Of a stretch of DNA of 64,000 nt, positions 10,327 through 19,188 are shown piece by piece. Source of the stretch: a virus (taxonomy: Duplodnaviria > Caudoviricetes). The stretch's first letter is position 1. Each line of letters starts with the position of its first letter. Location of the stretch: the IMG/VR virus record IMGVR_UViG_3300037722_001090. One strand, given 5' to 3'. The position numbers were made by a program, and so were the translations under genes. The notes below the pieces were generated by a model. It did not search any database. It saw only the letters and a program-made list of their open reading frames with translations, and was not told where the DNA came from.

Positions 10327-10362
10327 TGGTGCCCCTGGTAGGATTCGAACCTACGACAAGTG
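10327..10362 (-). pseudogene. 3' half of a disrupted tRNA (probably Arg)
   Basis: GTAGG-TTCGAAT-CCTAC-CAGGGGC-A-CCA; pairs with the 5' half at 11086-11117. Confidence 0.85.
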
Positions 10363-10363
10363 A

Positions 10364-10373
10364 GTTAATAACA
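10364..10373 (+). promoter_or_regulatory. GTTAATAACA motif variant
   Basis: At the tRNA truncation point, upstream of the HNH gene. Confidence 0.55.
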
Positions 10374-10408
10374 AATATGATTTCGAATCATAAAATAAAG
10401 GAGCTACC

Positions 10409-10987
10409 ATGTTAGTAAAATGTAAAAATTGCAATAAAGAATTTGATAAAATACCAAGTCAAATTGCAAAATCTAAAAATAATTTTTGTTCTAAATCATG
10501 TAGTGCAACATTTAACAATAAAGGTAAGCAGCGTAATCCACCAAAGATAAGAATTTGTAGACAATGTAGTTTAACATATACGTATAAGCGAAAAGAAAAC
10601 ACATTAACTTTTTGCTCTAACTGCCTTAATACACTTAAAATAGATCGCAATAAAAACATAAGTTTTGTTTCAGAACAAATTAAGCAACTCACAATTGGAG
10701 AATATCGAAATAAAGAATCCGTAAAAAGCAAACACCCATCATGGAAACATGCTCATATTCGTATACTTAATAGATCGTGGAATGCAGATTTAACTAAAAT
10801 ACCATGTCAAAACTGTAAATATGATAAACATATTGAACTATGCCATATTAAATCTGTAGCATCATTTAAAGACAATGCAGTGCTATTAGAAGTTAATAGT
10901 CCAGATAATAATCTTGTACTTTGCAGAAATTGTCATTGGGAGCTTGATAATAATATTATTAAGATTGAAGATATACCTAAAAGATAA
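10409..10987 (+). CDS. HNH homing endonuclease with Zn ribbons
   Basis: CQNC..HIELCHIK..NLVLCRNCH; antisense insert inside a tRNA gene. Confidence 0.9.
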   Translation: MLVKCKNCNKEFDKIPSQIAKSKNNFCSKSCSATFNNKGKQRNPPKIRICRQCSLTYTYKRKENTLTFCSNCLNTLKIDRNKNISFVSEQIKQLTIGEYRNKESVKSKHPSWKHAHIRILNRSWNADLTKIPCQNCKYDKHIELCHIKSVASFKDNAVLLEVNSPDNNLVLCRNCHWELDNNIIKIEDIPKR

Positions 10988-10990
10988 TAA

Positions 10991-11075
10991 TGGAGCGCCC
11001 TGGAGGAATCGAACCTCTCACATCCATCCAACTTTTTATGTACGGGTTTAGAAGACCCGTGTTGGAGCAGGGCGC
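10991..11075 (-). tRNA. D-armless tRNA-Arg(TCT)-like gene
   Basis: GCGCCCTG/CAGGGCGC-T-CCA; ACGGGT-CTTCTAA-ACCCGT; D arm replaced by CTCCAAC. Confidence 0.75.
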
Positions 11076-11085
11076 ACTACCTTAA

Positions 11086-11117
11086 ACCTTCTGCTCTATC
11101 CGCTGAGCTACAGAGGC
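11086..11117 (-). pseudogene. 5' half of a disrupted tRNA (Arg-type D loop)
   Basis: GCCTCTG-TA-GCTC-AGCGGATA-GAGC; acceptor complements 10327-10362. Confidence 0.85.
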
Positions 11118-11132
11118 ACATCAATTATATAG

Positions 11133-11771
11133 CTATCGCCAATTAATAGCACTCCAATGAAAAGGAGAACTGGGGAACTTAGGTTGATCAAGTTTTATAA
11201 AATCAGAATTCTGAGGAACTGGTAGTTTCATGCTTAGTTTTTCCAGAACTTTTCTTGTAATATTCATAGCGACAGAATCATCACACAATATATTTTCAAA
11301 CGGCATACCATGATGAATTAAAAGCTTACTTATTTCAATATCAATTTGCTTTGCTTCTTCTTCAGTCTGCATGCGACCTTTTGGATTATATTCTTTTTGC
11401 CTCTTAAGAAAAATATTCATATTATTGAATGAATTAAATAGTCCAATTACCATACCTTCAAAATGTTCAATAACATCAGGCTCACTAGTAGGTGTCTTGC
11501 TCCTCTTATTATAATACAAAGATAGCAAAAGAGGAGAATCTGTTACAATAACATCAAGTTGATTTAGCAACCTAAATTGCCTATGATATTGCTTTGCTGT
11601 AATATACAATTGGTTATCAAGCATATTAAAATGCTTATCCCATACTTTTTCTTTAGCATATTCAGTAACAAGCTCTGCATTTAAACCAGCCTTCTTAAGC
11701 ATACTATAAACTTCAGCAGCCGTTGTACTTTTGCCTGTTCCAGGCCCTCCATACAGATTTACAACTAACAT
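11133..11771 (-). CDS. NadR-like P-loop nucleotide kinase
   Basis: GGPGTGKST Walker A; VTEYAKE and TDSP. Confidence 0.72.
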   Translation of the reverse strand: MLVVNLYGGPGTGKSTTAAEVYSMLKKAGLNAELVTEYAKEKVWDKHFNMLDNQLYITAKQYHRQFRLLNQLDVIVTDSPLLLSLYYNKRSKTPTSEPDVIEHFEGMVIGLFNSFNNMNIFLKRQKEYNPKGRMQTEEEAKQIDIEISKLLIHHGMPFENILCDDSVAMNITRKVLEKLSMKLPVPQNSDFIKLDQPKFPSSPFHWSAINWR

Positions 11772-12028
11772 ATTATAAATCCCCTTTCTATACAGACAGG
11801 ACATTTCTTTTCATGAAAATTTTTAGTCCAATTACAACTAGTTTTTTGTGGTCTATTACTCTCATGTCCAAGTGGACATGCCTCTACATATGGTTCATGT
11901 CGATAGCCGCCATATAAAGCACATTGACTGTGTGTACTCTCCCCAAATTCATTAGCAAGAAGTCTGCACTGATCTGTCATTGAATTACAACTCATATAGT
12001 AAGTATGTTCACAAGTCATTATAGTCAC
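11765..12028 (-). CDS. Cys-rich hypothetical protein
   Basis: Several Cys/His pairs. Confidence 0.5.
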   Translation of the reverse strand: MTIMTCEHTYYMSCNSMTDQCRLLANEFGESTHSQCALYGGYRHEPYVEACPLGHESNRPQKTSCNWTKNFHEKKCPVCIERGFIIC

Positions 12029-12030
12029 TC

Positions 12031-12330
12031 TTATTTTTCAAAGATAGGGTTAAACAATATAATATAACAACTGCCATCACCAAGCCTACCAAAAGACCAT
12101 GATGCATCAACAATAAACTCACCAAGAACAATAATAAGCCTTTTAGTAATTTTATTTTTTACTTCAACAAGTAAAGGTGTATATTCTTCTATGTCTTTTT
12201 TCTTAGCTTTTTCTCTAAAGCAATAATCACCATTAACATGCTTTTGATAATCAATAGCTTTGTCAATATCTGCTTCAATGCCGAGACCCTTAGCTAATAT
12301 GTAAAGCTTTTCTACCTTAACGCCTTTCAT
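12031..12330 (-). CDS. hypothetical protein
   Basis: 99-aa ORF overlapping the phoH stop. Confidence 0.6.
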   Translation of the reverse strand: MKGVKVEKLYILAKGLGIEADIDKAIDYQKHVNGDYCFREKAKKKDIEEYTPLLVEVKNKITKRLIIVLGEFIVDASWSFGRLGDGSCYIILFNPIFEK

Positions 12331-13766
12331 AGTAACTCCGCAGCAAGTTCTGCCAGCTCACTTCTTTCACCTTTAGTCAAAATAATATGTGCAGCAATTT
12401 TTTCGTTTTTAAATCTTTCAGCAACATACGTAAGTCCATTACTAGAAGAATCAACGTAAGGGTTATCAATCTGATACGGGTCGCCAGTAAGAATAATCTT
12501 AGTACCTTCACCTGCTCTTGTAATAATAGTTTTAACCTCGTGAGGGGTCAAATTCTGCGCCTCATCAACGATAAAATACTGCTTAGGGATAGACCTACCT
12601 CTGATAAAAGAAAGCGCTCCTACCTCAAGTTTACCTATTGCCTGAAGATAATCAACAGGACTCATATTGCCAGCCTCTTTATCGAAACTGCCTTTATGTA
12701 GAATCTTATTATCTGCTTTACCTAGGATTACTTCGATATTATCCCAAATAGGTTGCATCCAAGGAGCCATCTTTTCATTAAGTGTACCAGGCAAAAATCC
12801 AATATCTTGTTTTCCAAGAGAAATGACAGGTCTAGTTACAAGAACGCGATCAAAAGTATCAGTTTCCGTAGCACCGTAAAGTCCAGCAGCAATAGCCATT
12901 AAAGTTTTACCTGTGCCTGCTTTACCAATTAAAGTTACTAGCTTAATATTCGGATCAAGAAGCAAGTCCATAGCAAAGCGCTGTTCTCTATTCCTAGGAA
13001 TCAATCCAGAAGGAGCATTATCTTTTGTAATATCTGTAATCCGACAAAGAATATCTAAGGATGAATCATAGCGAGTAAGAACTGAATGCTTTGGATCTAC
13101 CGAAGATACCAAAGTAACACATTCATTAGGAGAAAAAAGAACACTGCTGTTGTCATGTGTAATAACACCCAGTTCCGAAATAATTTCCAGTTCCGAAACA
13201 CGAACACATCCATCACCATCTTTTTTATAGAGATCATCAATTTGCGCACCATTAACTCCTAACTGTGAATGTCCAGTAAAAAGAGTATCTATACTAACTC
13301 TATCATTATGATATACTTCAGAGAGAATACCAATAGCATTAGCTTTAATTCTAGCATTAGCATCATTAGAGACAAAGACAACTTTTACATCAGAATTACC
13401 ATAAACAGAAGTAGAGTAATAATGAGCAACAGCAATAATTCTATTATCAGCAACAATCTGTGAAAGCTCCCTTGGCATACCATCAAAATAAGCGGTAGGA
13501 CAAAAAGAAATTTTCAGATTACCACCACTCTTAAGGTCTACCCCTGTATCTAGCTGGCCTTCTGCGCGGAGAGAATCAAGATTTCTACCAGTCTCTCTAG
13601 CATTACGGCCAATCTCATTCATTTCACTTTTAAAGTTATCAATCTCCTCAATAACAGTAATAGGAATAATAATATCATTATCATTAAACCTAAAAATAGC
13701 ATTAGGGTCATGAAGTAAAACATTTGTATCTAGCACAAAGACCTTTTTCATATCAGGTCCTTTCAT
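12327..13766 (-). CDS. phoH: PIN-PhoH family ATPase (PhoH2/YlaK type)
   Basis: VLDTNVLLHDP PIN domain; GKAGTGKT, IRGRS, DEAQN, GDPYQID. Confidence 0.93.
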   Translation of the reverse strand: MKGPDMKKVFVLDTNVLLHDPNAIFRFNDNDIIIPITVIEEIDNFKSEMNEIGRNARETGRNLDSLRAEGQLDTGVDLKSGGNLKISFCPTAYFDGMPRELSQIVADNRIIAVAHYYSTSVYGNSDVKVVFVSNDANARIKANAIGILSEVYHNDRVSIDTLFTGHSQLGVNGAQIDDLYKKDGDGCVRVSELEIISELGVITHDNSSVLFSPNECVTLVSSVDPKHSVLTRYDSSLDILCRITDITKDNAPSGLIPRNREQRFAMDLLLDPNIKLVTLIGKAGTGKTLMAIAAGLYGATETDTFDRVLVTRPVISLGKQDIGFLPGTLNEKMAPWMQPIWDNIEVILGKADNKILHKGSFDKEAGNMSPVDYLQAIGKLEVGALSFIRGRSIPKQYFIVDEAQNLTPHEVKTIITRAGEGTKIILTGDPYQIDNPYVDSSSNGLTYVAERFKNEKIAAHIILTKGERSELAELAAELL

Positions 13767-14242
13767 TATTTGGATTGTTTTAAAAACAAAGAAACATTTT
13801 CTGGAACATATTGATCAATATTTTTACCATGCTTACGTAACTCTCTTACAAGTGAAGAGCTTATAGTCTTATAAAATCCATTTGAATTTATAAAAACAGT
13901 ATAAGCATTACCGATATTATGATTAATATCAGCAAGTCTAGATTCTTCAATCATATCTTGAGTATCACGAACACCACGAACAATATATTTGATATTATTC
14001 TCTTTCATGAAATCAACAACAAGATTATCAGTAGAAACTATCTCAATTATATCACACGGTATTTGTCTATAATATTGTTTAATAAGTTCAATCCGTGATG
14101 TTTCACAAAGCATATACTTTTTGTTAGGATTATTTGCAACAAGAATATATACCTTATCAAATATATTTCTAGCTTGGTGTACAAGCTCAACATGTCCAAC
14201 TGTAAACGGGTCAAATGATCCTGGAAATACACAACTACTCAT
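13766..14242 (-). CDS. coaD: phosphopantetheine adenylyltransferase-like protein
   Basis: PGSFDPFTVGH, IVRGVR, ISSSLVRE. Confidence 0.88.
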   Translation of the reverse strand: MSSCVFPGSFDPFTVGHVELVHQARNIFDKVYILVANNPNKKYMLCETSRIELIKQYYRQIPCDIIEIVSTDNLVVDFMKENNIKYIVRGVRDTQDMIEESRLADINHNIGNAYTVFINSNGFYKTISSSLVRELRKHGKNIDQYVPENVSLFLKQSK

Positions 14243-14332
14243 GACTTACCTTTCAAGAATATGATAATAAAATAAGTAATCAGTGCTTGAAATTGACCAA
14301 CGACATTACCAATCCAAAAATCAGGTGATAAC

Positions 14333-14872
14333 TCACTCATCATCTAGGTGTCCTTGTCTAACTAGGCCATCAAGATAGCACCACATATTTTGCTCTTTAG
14401 TATAAATGTCTGCATAAATCTCTTTATCAGGTAAACCAACATAAAGAGTATTTCTAAAATATTCGTATTCTTTATCGTACATAAGCCACTGCTTCTCTTT
14501 CTCGTGTTGAGATTGAGTCATGTTGGCAATACGATCTGCAATTTTCAATATACGACCATTGGTATCTTCAGTAATTAAAGGATAAGTTTTCTCTTGACGC
14601 TCACGTCTATTTTTACCACGCTTATCAGTTACAAGATATACAAGATCAGCAACATCTTTACCAAACTCTTCAAACAAGTCTTCATAGAGACACTCTGTAT
14701 CTTCAAGAATATCATGCAACCAAGAAGCAGTTAGAATTAACTTACTTGTTACACCAAAATACTTAAGTGTATTATATACTTGATTTAAATGAAATGTATA
14801 AGGATAAATTCCATACTTTTGACCTTCATGATATTTAAAGGCAAATTCTTTAGCTTTGATTACAGTTCTCAT
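14333..14872 (-). CDS. SpoT/Mesh1-like HD hydrolase
   Basis: HEGQ..PY..H, LHDILEDT, KIADRIAN. Confidence 0.82.
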   Translation of the reverse strand: MRTVIKAKEFAFKYHEGQKYGIYPYTFHLNQVYNTLKYFGVTSKLILTASWLHDILEDTECLYEDLFEEFGKDVADLVYLVTDKRGKNRRERQEKTYPLITEDTNGRILKIADRIANMTQSQHEKEKQWLMYDKEYEYFRNTLYVGLPDKEIYADIYTKEQNMWCYLDGLVRQGHLDDE

Positions 14873-14883
14873 AATTTAACCTT

Positions 14884-15102
14884 TTAATTATACAGTTTAG
14901 CATTTTCAGAAGGAACTATACATCCATTAGGACAGTCTGTTAAAACTGGATAGTCAATATCCTTAAATATAGTTTTACAATAAATACAATAAGAAATTTT
15001 AGGATTTTCTAGTCTGCATTTATCACAAAAAAAGCCTGAATCTCCATACTCAAACTCTTCCCCACACCTAATACAATCACCAAAATAATCTTGTCTACTC
15101 AT
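14884..15102 (-). CDS. small Zn-finger protein
   Basis: CxxC pairs. Confidence 0.55.
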   Translation of the reverse strand: MSRQDYFGDCIRCGEEFEYGDSGFFCDKCRLENPKISYCIYCKTIFKDIDYPVLTDCPNGCIVPSENAKLYN

Positions 15103-15797
15103 TTTTCTTCCTCTTCAGCCTTATCATATCCAACACGAGTATGATAAATAGAATCAAGCTCACGAGTAAGTTTTTCTCTTACCTTACGTAATGTACCAAC
15201 TTTCATTTCATCTAGTTGTTCATCATCACGAAGATAATCAATAGTAGATGAGACACAGTTAGATTTTTCTTCATGTGATTCAAGTTTTCCTGCTGAATGA
15301 AGAAACTTAGCCTTAGCCTCAATTGAATCAACAATCATTAAAACTGAAGAATAAGGACAATTAGGTTTAGGCCCTTTATAACGATAAGCATGGTCACCAA
15401 TACCAGAATCTTTTACTTTATTATACATAGCCTGAAGAACAGTATCTCCATGGTGACGCGTAATGATTTCAAGAACCTGCCTTGGCATATCTGGTTCTTG
15501 TATAAGAATTGCTACACCATCAGAAGCATGGCGAGTAATAATTTGGAACGATACTTGAGGATCTAGCTTATCATGAGGATTTTCATCAGATATATTTTCA
15601 CTAAAATAGGTAGGATTCCATATCTTTCCAATATCATGATACATAGCTGCTACCTTCATAAGGTCAATATCTAGCTTTAAATCTTTAGCAATTGTTTCAC
15701 ATAAATTAGCTACATTCAAAGAGTGCTGATATGTGCCTGGAGCAATAGTTTTAAATCGCTCTAGTAGTGGATAGCTCGTGTCTAAGAACTTCTTCAT
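15099..15797 (-). CDS. HDIG-domain phosphohydrolase (soluble PgpH/7TM-HD-like domain)
   Basis: APGTYQHS, YHDIGK, YFSEN, HHGD, YRYKGPKP, IVDSIEA. Confidence 0.85.
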   Translation of the reverse strand: MKKFLDTSYPLLERFKTIAPGTYQHSLNVANLCETIAKDLKLDIDLMKVAAMYHDIGKIWNPTYFSENISDENPHDKLDPQVSFQIITRHASDGVAILIQEPDMPRQVLEIITRHHGDTVLQAMYNKVKDSGIGDHAYRYKGPKPNCPYSSVLMIVDSIEAKAKFLHSAGKLESHEEKSNCVSSTIDYLRDDEQLDEMKVGTLRKVREKLTRELDSIYHTRVGYDKAEEEEK

Positions 15798-15948
15798 TTT
15801 TATTTCCCTGCCTTATAATAATAAGGTTTGTGTTCTTAAAAGTCCAAACACAACCACAATCACCACATTCTCTTGCATCTTGTGCATATCCATCGGCATG
15901 CAGGTCTATTTCAACGTGCTCACGATGCTTACAGTTAGGACATTTCAT
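15751..15948 (-). CDS. small Zn-ribbon protein
   Basis: CPNC...CGDCGCVW. Confidence 0.6.
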   Translation of the reverse strand: MKCPNCKHREHVEIDLHADGYAQDARECGDCGCVWTFKNTNLIIIRQGNKNEEVLRHELSTTRAI

Positions 15949-15952
15949 ATAT

Positions 15953-16188
15953 TTATTTCTTCTTTTTAGTTTTATCTGCAGGTGTGAGTTTAGAAATAAT
16001 TTGATTAATATTTTCTACAACTTCTAATTCTTTACAGTCAATGAATATTAATTTAGTAGAATCTTCATATGGAACAATTCTAGCAATTAAATCTGCTCTT
16101 TGCCAAAATTTTCTACTTGTAGTACCAGCTGCAGTTCCATGAGTTTTAGGAGACCTATAAAATGTTAACTCTATAAACTTATACATCA
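15953..16188 (-). CDS. hypothetical protein
   Basis: Start set at MMYKFIEL because the upstream extension overlaps a tRNA-like gene. Confidence 0.5.
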
Positions 16189-16212
16189 TTAAGACACGCT
16201 TTCTTTTAATAG

Positions 16213-16303
16213 TGGAGCTGCCCGGTTTTGAGCCGGGATTTACCAGATTGACATCGGATATCTCCGAAAACTTAAATCGTAATACCACTTATACTACAGC
16301 CCC
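16213..16303 (-). ncRNA. tRNA-Ala-like RNA (G3:U70) with the anticodon arm replaced by an insert
   Basis: GGGGCTG/CAGCTCC-A; D arm; T arm CCCGG-CTCAAAA-CCGGG; internal hairpin TCGGA-GATA-TCCGA. Confidence 0.7.
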
Positions 16304-16304
16304 A

Positions 16305-16323
16305 TGGAAGAGGGTGTGGGATT
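16305..16323 (-). pseudogene. 3' remnant of the old tRNA-Ser
   Basis: AATCCCAC-ACCCTCT-T-CCA; complements the 5' half at 16885-16918. Confidence 0.75.
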
Positions 16324-16741
16324 AAAAATTTTGTAATTCACTAATAACCCAACTCTCTTTATTTTTTCCTGCATATTTACTGGCAATATCGCGAATACAA
16401 ATAGCTCTACCTGCATTAATTCGATCAGACTTAATAAAGCAGACCTTATCATTTGATTGAATATAAATAGCAAGAATATCGCATGTAGAAAAATCAAACT
16501 TAACAATATTATTAGCTGTTTTATTTGATCGTACTGATCCTATTTGAACAACATAAGAGCCATATTTATCTATAACACTAGTGCCTTTAACCGAGATTCT
16601 AAAAATAACACCATCTTTATATGCAATAAGATCAAATGGCGCTTTTCCAGAAGTTTGAGTAAATACATGATAATCTAATTCTGTAAGTCTAGCAGCTACT
16701 TTTAATTCAGATAATGATCCTAATTTAGTTTTATTGTCCAT
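16322..16741 (-). CDS. PD-(D/E)XK endonuclease (freestanding homing type)
   Basis: G..SEL.VAA.L, PFDLIA, ISVKGT, DILAIY. Confidence 0.82.
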   Translation of the reverse strand: MDNKTKLGSLSELKVAARLTELDYHVFTQTSGKAPFDLIAYKDGVIFRISVKGTSVIDKYGSYVVQIGSVRSNKTANNIVKFDFSTCDILAIYIQSNDKVCFIKSDRINAGRAICIRDIASKYAGKNKESWVISELQNF

Positions 16742-16761
16742 AATTATCTCCAAGTAAGTTG

Positions 16762-16848
16762 TGGAAGAAGCGGGGAGACTCGAACTCCCATGCCTTAACA
16801 GACATACTGCTTTTCAAGAGCAGCTCCTCATCCAGCCGGATCGCTTCC
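16762..16848 (-). tRNA. tRNA-Ser(TGA), cassette-borne copy
   Basis: CTGCT-CTTGAAA-AGCAG, long variable arm, CCA. Confidence 0.9.
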
Positions 16849-16859
16849 ACATGAATACT

Positions 16860-16869
16860 TGTTAATAAC
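16860..16869 (-). promoter_or_regulatory. GTTATTAACA motif
   Basis: Upstream of the new tRNA-Ser plus endonuclease. Confidence 0.65.
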
Positions 16870-16884
16870 TGCAACCTGTTGCCT

Positions 16885-16918
16885 AAACTAGTGACTTAAT
16901 CCTCTCGCCCAACCCTCC
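16885..16918 (-). pseudogene. 5' half of the old tRNA-Ser
   Basis: GGAGGGT-TGGGCGAGAGGATTAAGTCA-CTAGT, then broken. Confidence 0.8.
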
Positions 16919-16927
16919 ATTTTTAAC

Positions 16928-17692
16928 TCAACAACTAAAGTCTGTAACTAACCAGTTACCTTCATCTTTGAAATTAAGCACTGGTTTAAAGCTACCACCT
17001 TTTTTGACATAAGAAATAAGCTCTTCCTCACTAGTAATAGCTTCAGAAGTTTCATTATAGCAAAACTGTAAAGCAATTTCATTATGAGCATCACTATTAC
17101 ATAATTGGATCAAATATTTGAATTCATCTGGAATAGGACGATCCCACCCTTCAGTATCTTTAAATGAACCAAAACAGTATTGTGCAGAATTAATTAATTC
17201 AAAGCCATCAATAGCAACAACCCCTCCATGCTTAACAAAGTTAGAATCTTGGGCATTATGATTTGGTCCAAGTGCTGGATGTGCAAGAAAACAAGCTGAG
17301 CTATACTTACTACGAATATCAATAAGTTCCTGAATTGAACACATAGGCTCGAACATAGAATTATATTTTCGTAAAATTTTCCGATCACGCATTACCAATA
17401 AGGCTTCAATAGCACTACGACCAAAAAGCAAACATTCTTCCATAAGGGCAACACTAATTTCAGCACCAACAATAACAGGAATACCAACAATATTAGAAAC
17501 TACTTCAGCTTCCTTACATTGCCAAAGAAATTTTTTATAATTATTACTATAGCCTGCTTCATCAGCATATATATGGTCAGTAATTACACACGCACTAAAT
17601 CCAAGATCTTTACAGGCCTTAGCCATATCAATCATGTGATGAGCGCCATCTGAATATCGCGTATGTGCATGTAAATTAATAAAGTAACTCAT
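16928..17692 (-). CDS. PHP-family phosphoesterase
   Basis: LHAHTRYSDG, ITDH, GAEI, LAHP, NSDAH. Confidence 0.9.
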   Translation of the reverse strand: MSYFINLHAHTRYSDGAHHMIDMAKACKDLGFSACVITDHIYADEAGYSNNYKKFLWQCKEAEVVSNIVGIPVIVGAEISVALMEECLLFGRSAIEALLVMRDRKILRKYNSMFEPMCSIQELIDIRSKYSSACFLAHPALGPNHNAQDSNFVKHGGVVAIDGFELINSAQYCFGSFKDTEGWDRPIPDEFKYLIQLCNSDAHNEIALQFCYNETSEAITSEEELISYVKKGGSFKPVLNFKDEGNWLVTDFSC

Positions 17693-17841
17693 GTATTCTC
17701 CTTAAAATGTTTGAAAGATTTTTCTACCATATAGATATCTAGTCGGGGTAATCTTACAAACCCGAGATCCTAGGAGTCGTTTTCTTCACCTCAGCAAAGT
17801 GACTAGCCCTAGTTTAACTGTTTAGTAATAGGGAACTAGCA

Positions 17842-18126
17842 TTACTTACAAAGAACTTCAACCCAACTAGGCAGCTTAGCGTTACCAAATGAACGCTCAT
17901 GACTATGCACAAAATGAGGAATAGCCTTTTTGATATCATAAGGAATATCAGACAAAGCACTAATCTCAGCCTTACTGCGAACATCAGAGATAATTTCACC
18001 AATTTCACGATCAAACTTATCAGTCTTTTTGCACTTAGAATAACCAACAAGAACTTTGTCATCCTTAACCGTTGCAGTAATCATTCCGATTTTTTGTTTT
18101 TTATTATTGCGAATATACTGTTTCAT
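17842..18126 (-). CDS. hypothetical protein
   Basis: 94-aa ORF. Confidence 0.65.
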   Translation of the reverse strand: MKQYIRNNKKQKIGMITATVKDDKVLVGYSKCKKTDKFDREIGEIISDVRSKAEISALSDIPYDIKKAIPHFVHSHERSFGNAKLPSWVEVLCK

Positions 18127-18149
18127 TAACTTAACCTTTCAAAAATTGT

Positions 18150-18353
18150 TTAAATAACAAGAATAGAGCCATATATCTCTGTGGGATTTAACCCATAAGA
18201 ATCTAGCACTTCAACAACTAGTTCTTTCATTTTAGAACTATTGCCTGTAATAATCTGTAGCGCCTCTTCTTTATCCCATTGATCTTCAAGAAAGCGCTTT
18301 ACTTCATTTGATACATCTGCATGGCGAACACCATGTAAGTCCATATTAATCAT
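18150..18353 (-). CDS. Smr-domain protein
   Basis: MDLHGV...IITGNS. Confidence 0.75.
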   Translation of the reverse strand: MINMDLHGVRHADVSNEVKRFLEDQWDKEEALQIITGNSSKMKELVVEVLDSYGLNPTEIYGSILVI

Positions 18354-18625
18354 ACAATAAAAGCCTTTTCAAGCATTACTATATAAAGAGGTTTTCCAAA
18401 CTTTGTCATTACCTCTAATGTCCCATTACCTGGGCCAAAAATAGCATCTTCTCCACAGTTTTTAACACGGAGAAAATTTCTACACTTTACACCGCTCATT
18501 CTCCACTCTTTAAGTTCCCACCACTTATCAGTTTCAGAATAATAAAAGCCAAAATTTATTCTCAATTCTACTGGCAGTTCAGTTTTTAAAATAGCAATGC
18601 CTTCTTTAATTTTTTCTTTATCCAT
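18350..18625 (-). CDS. hypothetical protein
   Basis: 91-aa ORF. Confidence 0.6.
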   Translation of the reverse strand: MDKEKIKEGIAILKTELPVELRINFGFYYSETDKWWELKEWRMSGVKCRNFLRVKNCGEDAIFGPGNGTLEVMTKFGKPLYIVMLEKAFIV

Positions 18626-18633
18626 AGAATTTC

Positions 18634-19188
18634 TTAATCATCTAGTAATGCCATAACAAGTGCCATACACTTATTGTGATATACATTGTTATTAATTGGA
18701 CTTTTTATAAATTTCTTTACTTGACCAATACATTCTCCAAGACGATTTTCTCCTTCCCAAAGCTCTTTATTTAGGCATTTTGGGTTATCTTCAAGAAGAC
18801 CAATACCCCAAATTCTATCATAAGGACTAGCTTCAACAATTTCAATGCCAGGATCATTCATCAAATAATTATAAAGCTTTTCGTTTTGTAGAAACTTTAG
18901 GTAGTTAGCTACATAAACAATGGCCATACTTGTTTCGCGATTCCACTTTTCATCACTGAAGCCTACAATCTTACGGCCAAGAGCTTTCTGATTACGAGGA
19001 TTTGTTTCCTTTAAAATTTTTTGAGAAGAAGCAATATCAACAAAAAGAAGTGCTTTAAAATACATCATAAATTGTTCAGCACAATTAAATGTAATATTAT
19101 TAAGTTTAAATTGAGAAGTATACCATTGAGAATAAGGTCCACTCCAGAAGAGACTAAAACCATTCTTTACATTATATACATTATCCAT
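18634..19188 (-). CDS. NADAR family hydrolase
   Basis: SQWY, AEQFMMYFKA, QKALGR, VEASPYDRIWGIG, GENRLG. Confidence 0.93.
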   Translation of the reverse strand: MDNVYNVKNGFSLFWSGPYSQWYTSQFKLNNITFNCAEQFMMYFKALLFVDIASSQKILKETNPRNQKALGRKIVGFSDEKWNRETSMAIVYVANYLKFLQNEKLYNYLMNDPGIEIVEASPYDRIWGIGLLEDNPKCLNKELWEGENRLGECIGQVKKFIKSPINNNVYHNKCMALVMALLDD

